NCBI GenBank assembly: GCA_038850285.1
Contig: JAWCMA010000002.1
Location: forward strand, 67,783 to 110,537
From: Methanocellales archaeon
GTDB taxonomy: Archaea > Halobacteriota > JAWCLZ01
Length of the DNA stretch: 42,755 nucleotides
Direction of reading: 5' to 3'
The notes beneath the pieces are model-generated. The model saw nothing but the letters and a program-made list of their open reading frames with translations, searched no databases and was not told the DNA's origin. Positions 20,216 to 30,176 of the stretch are shown one piece after another. The first letter of the stretch is position 1. Each line of letters begins with the position of its first letter. Position numbers and translations under genes: made by a program.

Positions 20216-21135
20216 TCGAATAGAATTATAACAGTTTTATGCTTCGCTGCGCTTGTACTTCTATTGCTTGACTGCCTGCAGCAGCCTATTCCTACTCAAA
20301 AACAACTCTAGTACCTAGTACCAAAATAGAATATCCTGGTTCTTCGACCAAAGTTAGTTTACCTATTCTAAATCAATCGCTATTGCCTCTACCATATCAT
20401 CCCTATAACTTAAATCCAATACCTGGAGCAGAGAATGTTTCACTAGATGCTAGCATATCTTTAACTTTCTCTAGACCGCCACCTTTGTTGAAGTTAGAAA
20501 TAGAGCCTGAAGTGAATATAAGCTATGTTGAGCAAGAACTTATCTTTTATAGCGGTAAATACACATTTTATTTAGCTGAGCCATTACACCCTGGAACAAA
20601 ATATAGTGTAAAGGTAACCGCAGGCCAAGAAGAGCCACCTAACCCTAGTTTCTTCCCCCTTAACCCTAGTTTCTTCCCCCTTAACCCTAGTTTCTTCCCC
20701 CCACCTTAACCGTTTCTTGGAATTTTACTTCGATTAAAACTGAAATCGAGGTAACGCCTAAGCAAGGTGATTATTTTATTCTCCAAGGGAATATCACTAG
20801 AATTCTCTTAGTTGATTCTCATTTGAAATATAAGTTCTTAAGCTATAAAGAAATATGTCCGCCAAGCTATGGAATGGTGGGGAGCTAAAAATGGAGATCT
20901 AGGCATTGTAGTGAAGGGAATTATCAAAAATGAGTATGATGAAAATAAATGGCTATGCTTGCACGCGTCAGCTTATAATTCCGCGAATGAGCGAGTGGGA
21001 GGCATTCTAGACCAAGGTCATATCTGCGGTGCTATTCGAATTTATGTTAAAGCTGGACAAATAGAGCAATTCCAGATGCATTTAAAATTTAGAGAGGACA
21101 TTGAGCGCATTTATTCTTTGCGGATGCATCAGTGA
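20216..21135 (+). pseudogene. Fragmented exported/lipoprotein gene with Ig-like (Big_5-like) domain
   Basis: Signal-like RIITVLCFAALVLLLLDC, then PIPGAENVSLDASISLTFSRP...LHPGTKYSVKV; continuation TVSWNFT after a frameshift at 20697-20702; further fragment GIVVKGIIKNEYD in another frame. Confidence 0.68.
20641..20702 (+). repeat. 21-nt direct tandem repeat x3 (aaccctagtttcttccccctt)
   Basis: Copies at 20641, 20662 and 20683; the third ends in a C6 run; no spacers. Confidence 0.95.
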
Positions 21136-21159
21136 AATAATGCCACCGTAAAGGAAGTT

Positions 21160-21680
21160 TAGATGGGAAGAGGACTCAAAAGGAGAAAGCAGTTTCTTTT
21201 AAACTTTTAAAATGCTATAGATAGTTATAAGCAAGTTGTTATTGCTTGGAAGAATGGGTAGGACTCCTATTCACGATGTTAAGCAAGCTAGGCCATTGCT
21301 TAAGAAGTCTCATAGAGTTAAGAGGGCTTACTTCTATGTCTTGGATAGGGGCTATGATTCTGAGGCTGAGGCTGAGGCTATCCATCGCTTAATTAGAAAG
21401 GAGTTAAAGGCTATTTCTATAATTCCAATTAGAGCTAGAGATAGAAAACGGGTTCTTGGTAGATATCGCAAGCAAATGCAAATTTTAGATCAAAGATATC
21501 ATAAGAGGAGCATAGCTGAAACCATAGTCTCAGTGGTAAAGCGTAAATTTGCTGAAGAACTTAAAGCTAGAAATTATGGAAATCAAATAAAAGAAATCAA
21601 AATCAAACTCTTAATCTACAATCTACATAAGCATTTAAAAAATAAAATAATATTCCTATCGATAAGGATTTCTACAAAGC
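21160..21680 (+). mobile_element. 5'-truncated IS5/IS4-like DDE transposase remnant
   Basis: VLDRGYDSE, IIPIR, YHKRSIAETIVSVVKRKF, KEIKIKLLIYNL; right-end-like aggatttctacaaagc at 21665-21680; N-terminal part absent; left boundary approximate. Confidence 0.8.
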
Positions 21681-21695
21681 TAATTTTTTATATTT

Positions 21696-22373
21696 TTATT
21701 TTTTATTAAAATTTTCTTTAAGCCACAGCTTAGCTAGTTCCACTGCTTTCGCACTAACGGAGGTTAGTTTTATTCTCACGACTTCTCCCGCTGGATATGA
21801 GCCAATTTTAACCTCAGGAAATTGCTTCACAGCTTCATTTAACACTTCCACCAATTCGATTTCCCTCTTTGTAGTTTGAATCCATTCAACGAATATTTGG
21901 CAAGCTGTGAATTTAAAAGCAATTAAAGGAAACATTGCTTCCAATTCACGCGGTACTCCAGGCAGTGCAATGATATTTTCAATGATGAACCCAGGAGCCA
22001 TGCCTGCTGGATTCTCAATAGGAATTGCCCCCTCAGGTAAATCAGCCATTACAAGCTGCAGGGGATTGGCATCTTTTTGCTGTATCATTCTAGCTGCTTG
22101 CTCACTGCGCACGAGTTTTTTACCAAGTGCTCTTGCTATTCCCTCTCGCGTGACATCATCGTGAGTCGGCCCTAAACCTCCTGTGACTAAGACCCAGTCT
22201 GCTTCAGAGGATTTAATTGTCTTAGCTATTTTCTCTGCATCATCGCCTATGGCAGTAATTTTTTCCACCCTCACTCCCATTAAATTGAGCTTCTTAGCAA
22301 GCCAAGTGGCATTTGTATTTACAATATCGCCGGCTAGAATTTCATTCCCAATGGTAATTATCTCAGCATTCAT
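21696..22373 (-). CDS. Molybdopterin-binding-domain / CinA N-terminal-like protein
   Basis: AEIITIGNEILAGDIVNTN, TGGLGPTHDDVT, NPAGMAPG, LPGVPREL; start set at MNAEII (22373). Confidence 0.9.
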   Translation of the reverse strand: MNAEIITIGNEILAGDIVNTNATWLAKKLNLMGVRVEKITAIGDDAEKIAKTIKSSEADWVLVTGGLGPTHDDVTREGIARALGKKLVRSEQAARMIQQKDANPLQLVMADLPEGAIPIENPAGMAPGFIIENIIALPGVPRELEAMFPLIAFKFTACQIFVEWIQTTKREIELVEVLNEAVKQFPEVKIGSYPAGEVVRIKLTSVSAKAVELAKLWLKENFNKK

Positions 22374-22791
22374 AGACTTTCTTTTGATTTGAATCAAATA
22401 ATTCAGCAATAAATTTCCTAAGCATTTCCAAGCTAGGGGAGTAATGCAAATGAGCCTTGCACTTGCAGTCACTTGACCCGAAGCCTATGATCGCTTCAAA
22501 TTTTCTTCCAATTTCAGCTGCCATTTCGCACTCCTTTTTTCTCTCTCCACATTCTAATTTAAATACCTCTAAAACTTCTGAATGCTGCAGCAAATAGTCA
22601 ATGTGCCATCTCTTCTTTTTCTTTTTATCAATATTTAAGTGACGGTTAATTCGCTTGAAACCAGCTTTTCCAAAAGCGGAACCTGTATAGGCATAGTAGC
22701 CTTTTTTGAATTCCAGTATACCAAGTTTGCCTATTGCAATTTCAACTTGTTTTTCAAGTTTTATGATCAATGTATATATGCCACTCTTCAT
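22363..22791 (-). CDS. GIY-YIG (DUF123) nuclease family protein
   Basis: GIYTL, GYYAYTGSA, RINRH, WHIDYLL, GFGSSDCKCKAHL. Confidence 0.9.
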   Translation of the reverse strand: MKSGIYTLIIKLEKQVEIAIGKLGILEFKKGYYAYTGSAFGKAGFKRINRHLNIDKKKKKRWHIDYLLQHSEVLEVFKLECGERKKECEMAAEIGRKFEAIIGFGSSDCKCKAHLHYSPSLEMLRKFIAELFDSNQKKVYEC

Positions 22792-23366
22792 GTTACTCGA
22801 AAGGGCTTATCGTGCCCGGGTATTATTAAATCAGCTATTTTTTCTATTTTTTCAAAGCTATGCATCGCAAGCTCTTCATCGATGTTAATCCGCGGAGGAA
22901 TTCTTTTCAAATAATTATCATAAGTTGGAATTGCATCGCCAGCGATTACCACTACTTCGCTTGATTCGAAAATCACTGAAATATGTCCCTCAGTATGCCC
23001 CGGGGTTTCAATGAATTTTACGCGAGGTGAAATCGCGCTATTGAGGTCAAGTGGTTTAATTCCTTTGATTCCCTCTCGGGCAATTTCCTTCACGTGAGCG
23101 AATTTATCTGCCTTGAACAAGCTATTGCATCCAATGTGATCGCTATGTAGATGGGTATTAATTACCATTCTCACTTCATCTTTTCGAATACCAGCATCCA
23201 TGAGAGACCTTTGAATTACCTGCATATCCTCAGGCAATGCTGTATCCACGATTATTGGAAACTCATCTAGTATCAAAATTGAGGCTGAGGAAGCATAGAG
23301 AATTGCATCATTGCTGCGTATAACTTTACCCTCCTTCAATAAATAGAGGTCATCCACAAGCTTCAT
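22788..23366 (-). CDS. MBL-fold metallo-hydrolase
   Basis: THLHSDHIG, TPGHT, AGDA, IPGHD. Confidence 0.92.
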   Translation of the reverse strand: MKLVDDLYLLKEGKVIRSNDAILYASSASILILDEFPIIVDTALPEDMQVIQRSLMDAGIRKDEVRMVINTHLHSDHIGCNSLFKADKFAHVKEIAREGIKGIKPLDLNSAISPRVKFIETPGHTEGHISVIFESSEVVVIAGDAIPTYDNYLKRIPPRINIDEELAMHSFEKIEKIADLIIPGHDKPFRVT

Positions 23367-23372
23367 TGCAAT

Positions 23373-24008
23373 CTACCTCGAGAACATCAACTTAGCTATT
23401 CTCAGCGAAGTCTTAATTTGCTGCTCCACTGCTTTATTTACAATTTCACCGTGACCCGGGTATAATACTTCTACTTTTAACTTAGAAAGTTTCTCGATGG
23501 AGTGCACTAGAGCTTGAGGTTCAGCACCCATCATTGTTACACTTCCAAAGCTTCCCTGAGGGAGCACTGTGTCGCCTGAGAAAAGCCGCAGTGAGTCATA
23601 AAGGCAAATACTCCCAGGGCTGTGGCCTGGGGTGTGAATGACCTGGATTGAATAATCGCCTAAATCAAGGGTTTCCCCTCCCTTAAGTAGGGAGGAAGGT
23701 TTTATTTCTCTAGCCTGGAATAAAGGAGTCATTGTCAATACTACATCTTGCAAAAGTTCTAAATCTTCCTCGTGAATTAGAATCTCAGCACTGGTTGCAG
23801 CTGCTACTTCGCCAACTGCAAGGGAGTGGTCGTAGTGATAATGGGTGAGCAATATATATTTTAAATTGCTCGTAATTCTCTTAACTTGATTTATCACAGC
23901 AAGTGCATTTGTACCTGCATCGACCAACATTGCTTCTTTTGCCTTAATCAAGTACACATTGCCATCGTAAAATGAGCCCTTAAGTTTGAAGATCTCAACC
24001 ATGCCCAT
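23373..24008 (-). CDS. MBL-fold metallo-hydrolase (glyoxalase II-like)
   Basis: THYHYDH, HTPGHSPGS, FSGDT, YPGHG. Confidence 0.92.
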   Translation of the reverse strand: MGMVEIFKLKGSFYDGNVYLIKAKEAMLVDAGTNALAVINQVKRITSNLKYILLTHYHYDHSLAVGEVAAATSAEILIHEEDLELLQDVVLTMTPLFQAREIKPSSLLKGGETLDLGDYSIQVIHTPGHSPGSICLYDSLRLFSGDTVLPQGSFGSVTMMGAEPQALVHSIEKLSKLKVEVLYPGHGEIVNKAVEQQIKTSLRIAKLMFSR

Positions 24009-24050
24009 GCCATTTCCATTGATAGGCGAGATAGGTAAATATAATTAAGC

Positions 24051-24305
24051 TTAAAATGCAATGCCCATTAGATGCAGCATTATCACTAGAACTGCTCCTA
24101 GCAATCCCCCTATAGCGCATATTGCGATGACCAACCATGAGTAGGCTATCGGAACCATTTGGAAATAGGGGAAAATAAAATTCGCGATGAAAAGCGCTAG
24201 AATACCAAGAACCGAATTTACTATCAAATGCTTCACAATTTTAAAGAGCAGATAAATAGCAGCAATGACTAGCAATACAATAATTAAGATGCTAATTTCA
24301 ATCAT
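24051..24305 (-). CDS. Small membrane protein, BofA-like family
   Basis: Hydrophobic protein with LIVNSVLGILAL and ICAIGGLLGAVLV pattern. Confidence 0.7.
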   Translation of the reverse strand: MIEISILIIVLLVIAAIYLLFKIVKHLIVNSVLGILALFIANFIFPYFQMVPIAYSWLVIAICAIGGLLGAVLVIMLHLMGIAF

Positions 24306-24369
24306 AATATGGAATTTGTAAGGCAATATACATAAACTTTTTAGGCATTCAAAGGGATATTTTATTGCG

Positions 24370-24900
24370 ATGTTTGAGAAATCCCAAGTGAAATCATATG
24401 AAGAGATTATGCAGGAAATAATGCAGGAATATGATTCAGACCCAAGGCACTGGAGCGTGTCGATAGGTCGCAGCCGCGATGAAAGATATTATGATATACT
24501 CATTGCAAGGGGAAATGAACTCTGGCAGATCAAGGTTGATACTCTATTCAAACCCTCGCCAATTGGAATTGGAGCGAAAATTGAGATAGGGCAAAAAAAG
24601 ATCGAAACATCATCGCTCCCTTCCTATGGATTCAGGTCTATTCCACGTGAATTTAAAGAGTTGGCAAGCAGCGAGGATCTAGCTAGCATTATAGAGAAAA
24701 TATTGAAGTCAGAGCCTGTGCCCACATCTAAAATTGGCAAATATGGATTTGTTCAAGGCCCAGTGGCAATTAAAGGCAGCTTGCTCTCTCCACAGCCTCT
24801 GAGCTATATCTCTGAGCAGCAAAAAACACTGGATAGAAAACTCGCTCAAGAATTAAGTTCTCTACTATTCAAACGCTATTCTGGCTTGGGCTATCTGTAG
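24370..24900 (+). CDS. Hypothetical protein
   Basis: 176-aa ORF with ATG start and ordinary composition; no recognised motif. Confidence 0.7.
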   Translation: MFEKSQVKSYEEIMQEIMQEYDSDPRHWSVSIGRSRDERYYDILIARGNELWQIKVDTLFKPSPIGIGAKIEIGQKKIETSSLPSYGFRSIPREFKELASSEDLASIIEKILKSEPVPTSKIGKYGFVQGPVAIKGSLLSPQPLSYISEQQKTLDRKLAQELSSLLFKRYSGLGYL

Positions 24901-25873
24901 CTGTGATTTCATCGAATATATAATCTTCCCATTTTCGCTCCCCAATGGCTATTTCAAATTCAACTGTTGTAAGCACTGGTACTTTGAATTTAGCTGCATC
25001 ATCGATGGCTACTCTTGGGCAGGCGGTATTCACAAAAGCATCGGCTTTGAAGGGAAGCAGGGCTTCAGGGGTTATATCGTCGAGTGTGATTAAAAATGCA
25101 TGCTTTCCCCTTTCAAATGCCTTTTGTTTAAGTTGCTCCGCGAGCTTGGTTCTTCGCTGCCCGGCTTTCATACCAATTATTATGCCAAAGGTCTTTGCAT
25201 CCAGTGCTCTTGCGATAGCTAGATATCTCTGCTTAACTATTTTCTCAGTATTAACTTCTTCAACAGTCATGGAAAAAGGATCGCCTGCTATAATTCTTTT
25301 ACCACTCGCGAGAGCCGCGCCAAGGGCGTGAAAGATTCCACTTCCAATGTACAAATATTCCTCGACCTCTATCTTAGCGGAGCTAAAATTGCAGCCAAGC
25401 ACTTGCCCCGGGTATTTAATTCTGCTATCACCTATGCCTATCACCACTTCTTTACCCCTTTTCTCGAGGAACTCTTTTGCCTCTTTCAATTTATGTACAT
25501 GCTGCACTGTAGTAATGAGTCCTATTTTTCTGCCCCTCAAGCTCTCAATGGCTTTTTCAACCACTGGAGTTATGTCAATTCTAGCTCTTGCTTCAACGAA
25601 GATCACTTTGGGGTCTTTTGCTATGCCAAGCTCAGCGTGTCCAAAGTGAATCAATATATCCGCGAAGTTCTTCAATTCTTCATCAATATCACAGGCGCCG
25701 TAGCAGGGATTGCCTGAGAGAAAAACCGTTGCATTGGTTTTCTCTTCGATCTCCTTCGCCAGTTCTATGCCAACTCTCTTCAAACCATCTGGAAATTGCA
25801 GGCCAACTGCTTTTGCTTTTCGCTTTTTAATCTCGCTTAAAATGAATTCAACATCGTAGTCAAATAGATCCAT
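24869..25873 (-). CDS. dph2: Diphthamide biosynthesis enzyme Dph2
   Basis: LQFPDGLK, PCYGACD, HFGH, GQVLGCN, NTACPR. Confidence 0.96.
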   Translation of the reverse strand: MDLFDYDVEFILSEIKKRKAKAVGLQFPDGLKRVGIELAKEIEEKTNATVFLSGNPCYGACDIDEELKNFADILIHFGHAELGIAKDPKVIFVEARARIDITPVVEKAIESLRGRKIGLITTVQHVHKLKEAKEFLEKRGKEVVIGIGDSRIKYPGQVLGCNFSSAKIEVEEYLYIGSGIFHALGAALASGKRIIAGDPFSMTVEEVNTEKIVKQRYLAIARALDAKTFGIIIGMKAGQRRTKLAEQLKQKAFERGKHAFLITLDDITPEALLPFKADAFVNTACPRVAIDDAAKFKVPVLTTVEFEIAIGERKWEDYIFDEITATDSPSQNSV

Positions 25874-25885
25874 TTCTTCCCCTCT

Positions 25886-27058
25886 TCACTTCCATCGCTT
25901 GCGCTCTTGGCATACATCTTCGAGTACTTTTTTAAGATCTCGAGTGAACCCTTGAAGTATTTCATCAGTAACATGAGGCATTATTACCAAGCGCATTCCA
26001 ACTGGGTCTCTAGTGACTGAAACATACCAGTTCATGCTATAAAGCCCCTGCACAACTCCACCTATGTTTGGCACTTTTAGTACTACTAAGTTCATCACTG
26101 GTTCTATTATTGGCTTAGCTGGGTAGCGCTTGCCTATTTTGAAATTGGAAATCTCAGCAGTGAATCTGCGAGTCGAAGAAATGCACCTGCGAACGATTTT
26201 ACCCAGTCCGCTTTTGCCCAAGTGTTTAAGCACAGCATATGCGCTTGCAACAGTTGCACCTGTTCTAGTGCCTGTAAGTGAATGCTGCTTCTTCGCTAGT
26301 AGATATGGGGTTGCAATTTCAAGAGCGCGGAGGCTTTCTTGATCTCGAAACAGCAAGCATCCACTGGGTATTGTGCTCATGCCCATTTTATGGGGATCAA
26401 CAGTGATGGAGCTAACTCCTTCAATGGAGAAGTCAAAGTCATAGCGCTCCTCTAAAAATGGTATCACAAGACCGCCAAAAGCAGCATCCACGTGAAGAAA
26501 TAGATTTTTTTCAACTGCAAGTTCAGCCAATTCTTTAATGGAATCTATTTGCCCAAATTCAGTTGTACCTGCTACTCCCACGAGTGCTATAGTATTTTTA
26601 TCTATGAGTTTCCTCACAGCCTCTATATCAACGCGCAGTTTGCTGTCAAGCGCTGCTTTTCTAATCTCAATGTTTAAAAGATTTGCTGCTTTATCAAAGG
26701 AGAAGTGAGCTGAGCTTGGGACTACTACATTTGGATTTTTTTGCTTGGAGAGATTTCTAAAAGCTCTCAATGCTTGAATATTGGACTCAGTGCCACCTGT
26801 GGTGATATAGCCACAGGCATCGCTTTTTCCAAGCAAAGAGCCCAGCATTTCCACCAACTTTCTCTCCAGCATGGCAGTGCCCTGAAATAACCCTGGGTCG
26901 CCGAGATTGGTTTCGATGAATAGCTGGTGAGCTTTAATAGCAATTGGATGCGGAGGGGTGCACATCGAGCAAAGTGCTCTAGAATATGGTTTATCTCCCT
27001 TTCGAATGTATTGGAAATATTCAAATATTTCCTGCTCACTCACTCCATCTTCGTCCAA
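25886..27058 (-). CDS. mfnA: L-tyrosine/L-aspartate decarboxylase (PLP-dependent)
   Basis: SMCTPPH, TNLGDPGLF, GGTESN, HVDAAFGG, SITVDPHKMG. Confidence 0.93.
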   Translation of the reverse strand: MDEDGVSEQEIFEYFQYIRKGDKPYSRALCSMCTPPHPIAIKAHQLFIETNLGDPGLFQGTAMLERKLVEMLGSLLGKSDACGYITTGGTESNIQALRAFRNLSKQKNPNVVVPSSAHFSFDKAANLLNIEIRKAALDSKLRVDIEAVRKLIDKNTIALVGVAGTTEFGQIDSIKELAELAVEKNLFLHVDAAFGGLVIPFLEERYDFDFSIEGVSSITVDPHKMGMSTIPSGCLLFRDQESLRALEIATPYLLAKKQHSLTGTRTGATVASAYAVLKHLGKSGLGKIVRRCISSTRRFTAEISNFKIGKRYPAKPIIEPVMNLVVLKVPNIGGVVQGLYSMNWYVSVTRDPVGMRLVIMPHVTDEILQGFTRDLKKVLEDVCQERKRWK

Positions 27059-27133
27059 TTGAGATCAAACACCTGCTCTTGCTAGCAATATAGGAATTGG
27101 TGCTCTCACTTAAATCATTTGCCGCCTGCTTAA

Positions 27134-29596
27134 TCACCATCTTGAGTTGAACTCTTCCTCTGAAATGCGCCTCTCAACTTTGCGCCCCTTCATATTCTCT
27201 CGAACCTCTGCGAGTCGCTCTAATATTATTTTCTGCTCTATACTTGCAACTAGTTTTCTAGTTTTGACTACAACATCTGGATTAACGCTTACGCTATCTA
27301 TGCCACATCGAACGAGGAACTCGGTGAATTCAGGATAAACTGAGGGTGCCTGTCCGCAGATGCTAACGGTTACGTTATTCTCGTGAGCTACCTTTATTAA
27401 ATGAGCAATGGATCTTTTCACCGCGGGATCTCTCTCATCAAAGTAGCGGCTGTCGATGGCTGGGAGTATCTGGCTATCTCGATCTGTTCCTAGGGTAAGC
27501 TGCGTTAGATCATTGCTGCCTATGCTGAAGCCATCGCAGAGCTTGGAAAATTCATCTGCCATGAATATAATACTCGGAACCTCTGCCATAAGCCATATCT
27601 GGAAGTCTCTCCCTCGCTGAAGTCCTTCTTCCTTCAAAATACGCAGGCAGTCTTCCACTTCCCAGGTGCATCTTACGAAAGGCAGCATAACCCATACATT
27701 GGAAAGTCTCCATTCATCTCGCACTTTCTTCATAGCTTTGCATTCAAGTCTAAATGCTTCTTGATATTGCTTGCTTACATATCTGCTCACACCTCTCCAA
27801 CCAAGCATTGGATTGCCTTCGACAGGCTCATACTTCTCGCCCCCTTTCAGTTCTCGATACTCGCTGGTTTTGAAGTCACTCAGCCTCACCACCACTGGAC
27901 GTGGGAAGATTGCTCTTGCGACTTGCGCTATTCCCTCAGCCATTTTATCTATGAACTTCTGCTCCTGGCCGATTTCTATTAGGTAGTTAGGATGCTCGCC
28001 TATATAGCTAGCCATTATGAATTCCACGCGCATGAGTCCTATTCCATCGAAGGGAAGGTCTTTATAGTCCTCGATTTTATCTGGGACTCCTAGGTTCATG
28101 AGGATCTTTGTAGCTGTTACAGGCACAGGTTCATGGAAGCTGACTCCGGACACGCTAACTGCTGGAGATGGTGCAGCTTCAGGTACTGGTGCAGCCACTT
28201 TTTCGATTATGCCTCTATAAACCACACCTGTTTTTGCATCCACGGTGTAATCTTCATTCATCTTCATCACTTGAGTTGCATTACCGGTTCCAACGATGCA
28301 GGGGATTCCAAGTTCTCTTGAAACTATGGCTGCGTGGCAAGTCATGCCTCCATCGTTGGTCACTATCGCCCCAGCGACTCGCATGTAAGGAACCCAGTCT
28401 GGATTAGTCATTTTAGTTACAAGAACATCTCCTTTTGTTATAAATCGATTGGCTTCCTCTGTTGTTAAAACAACCTTGGCTTTTCCAGCGTAAATACCTG
28501 GACTGGCAGCTAGACCTCTTACTACCACTACCTGCTCAGCTGTTTTAACAGCCTCGGCCTCCTTTGGCTTTTCTGGAATAGCTTTAGCGCTCCAGACTGT
28601 TTCAGGTCTAGATTGAACTATAAAGATGTTCTCAGGGAATGGAAGATCTCGATCGATAGCCCATTCGATATCTTGAGCTTTCCCATAATGCTCTTCGATT
28701 TTCTTCGCCAGTTCAGCAATTTTCAAGACCTCTCGATCCGTTAAGCAAGGCTGCTCTTGGCGCTCTAGAGGTACTTCAGCGTGAATAGTTCGTCCTGAAT
28801 TTGGATCGCGTATATATTCAAGGGTCTTTTTAACAATTTTTTTGGAGATTATTTTAAGCGTGTTTTTATCCACTATAAAATCATCTGGAGTAACTGCTCC
28901 TGAAACAACAGATTCACCCAAACCCCAGTTTCCCTCTATTAAGACCTGATTCTGTTCTCCGGTAACTGGATTTATGGTAAAGGCAACGCCTGCAGCCTTT
29001 GCATTTACCATTTTCTGAATTCCAACGCTTATATAAACATCTTCGTGCTTGAAGCCCTTTTGAGTGCGGTAGTAAATTGCTCTAGGTGTAAATAAGCTTG
29101 ACCAGCATTTAATTGTTTTTTCAATTAGTTCTTTCTCCCCCTTTACATTCAGATATGTTTCTTGCTGGCCTGCAAATGAAGCATCCGCTAGATCCTCGGC
29201 TGTTGCACTTGAGCGAACTGCAACTGAAACATCAGCTTGCTTCATTTTATCTTCAAGTTTTACATATGCTGCTTTGATTGCCCTTTCTATATCCTCAGGC
29301 ATGGATGTGGATTCAATTATTCTTCTGACTTTCTTGGAAGCCTCTTCATATAACTTTGGGTCGTTTTTATCGGTAATTGTTTCCTCAATTATGCTATAGA
29401 TCTTCTTAGCAATGCCGGTTTCCTCGATGAATTTTTGATATGTATATGCAGTTATAGCAAATCCAGGTGGTACAGGTATTCCTGCTTTAATTAACTCGCC
29501 TAGATTTGCATTCTTCCCCCCCACCAATGGAATGTCTTCCTTCGTTAATTCATCGAACCAGAGGACAATTTTTTTATTTTGCAATTTGCTTGCCAA
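27134..29596 (-). CDS. ppsA: Phosphoenolpyruvate synthase
   Basis: VGGKNANLGE, RSSATAED...SFAGQQET, GGMTCHAAIVSRELG, NPMLGWRG, SIGSNDLTQ, ICGQAPS. Confidence 0.97.
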   Translation of the reverse strand: MASKLQNKKIVLWFDELTKEDIPLVGGKNANLGELIKAGIPVPPGFAITAYTYQKFIEETGIAKKIYSIIEETITDKNDPKLYEEASKKVRRIIESTSMPEDIERAIKAAYVKLEDKMKQADVSVAVRSSATAEDLADASFAGQQETYLNVKGEKELIEKTIKCWSSLFTPRAIYYRTQKGFKHEDVYISVGIQKMVNAKAAGVAFTINPVTGEQNQVLIEGNWGLGESVVSGAVTPDDFIVDKNTLKIISKKIVKKTLEYIRDPNSGRTIHAEVPLERQEQPCLTDREVLKIAELAKKIEEHYGKAQDIEWAIDRDLPFPENIFIVQSRPETVWSAKAIPEKPKEAEAVKTAEQVVVVRGLAASPGIYAGKAKVVLTTEEANRFITKGDVLVTKMTNPDWVPYMRVAGAIVTNDGGMTCHAAIVSRELGIPCIVGTGNATQVMKMNEDYTVDAKTGVVYRGIIEKVAAPVPEAAPSPAVSVSGVSFHEPVPVTATKILMNLGVPDKIEDYKDLPFDGIGLMRVEFIMASYIGEHPNYLIEIGQEQKFIDKMAEGIAQVARAIFPRPVVVRLSDFKTSEYRELKGGEKYEPVEGNPMLGWRGVSRYVSKQYQEAFRLECKAMKKVRDEWRLSNVWVMLPFVRCTWEVEDCLRILKEEGLQRGRDFQIWLMAEVPSIIFMADEFSKLCDGFSIGSNDLTQLTLGTDRDSQILPAIDSRYFDERDPAVKRSIAHLIKVAHENNVTVSICGQAPSVYPEFTEFLVRCGIDSVSVNPDVVVKTRKLVASIEQKIILERLAEVRENMKGRKVERRISEEEFNSRW

Positions 29597-29669
29597 GTTT
29601 CCACCTCAATTACTTATTTATTTTCCCTTTAGATGAGATATAATCCCTTTAAAGAGAATATAACGTCAT

Positions 29670-30037
29670 ATTAAAACATTAAATTTTTGGCTTGAGTTGA
29701 AACTGTCCCCGTAAAATGAATCAAGTCCCGCCCCTCGCGGGAAATTCCTACCTCTTTTAACATCATTTCTAAAGATGAATCTACTTCCAGTTGCTGAGTG
29801 CAAGTAACCCTTATTGTTCTACAGCTGCCATTAGCTTTGTGAATTTCTGCAGAAATGCAAAGTTAATGTGGATTTTACATTTTCTATTCTCGAATAGTTT
29901 CCCTCCTCACCCCAAAGATCTTGCTCGTTTCCTGCTGCTATGCCATATCGCTTTCGATAGCTCTGGAGAAGTGATCCAGGTTTTGGAGAGAAAACTATTT
30001 TTCCAGCTAAGTTTTGAGCATAGTTATTTAATGTCAT
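29670..30037 (-). pseudogene. Frameshifted XRE-family HTH regulator (COG1709-like N-terminus)
   Basis: LAGKIVFSPKPGSLLQSYRKRYGI, then across frame changes QETSKIFGVRRETI / RIEN / KIHINFAFLQKF; 3' end approximate. Confidence 0.65.
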
Positions 30038-30176
30038 GGGAGTGCAAGTAAACTTGAATTTATATCCCTAGCGTGAAATTATAATTTTTTGTCTTCAAGT
30101 TTCAGGGTAAATTAGAAATAGATATAAGATGAAACCACGACATATACATATACATTGATGCACGAGAGGGATCACT

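Noticed and set aside
20641-20702. 21-nt repeats as a CRISPR array
   Set aside because: Copies are directly adjacent with no spacers, lie in frame in a coding remnant, and no cas genes are present
29727-29743. GC hairpin tcccgc-N5-gcggga
   Set aside because: Only 6 bp and inside the XRE pseudogene remnant
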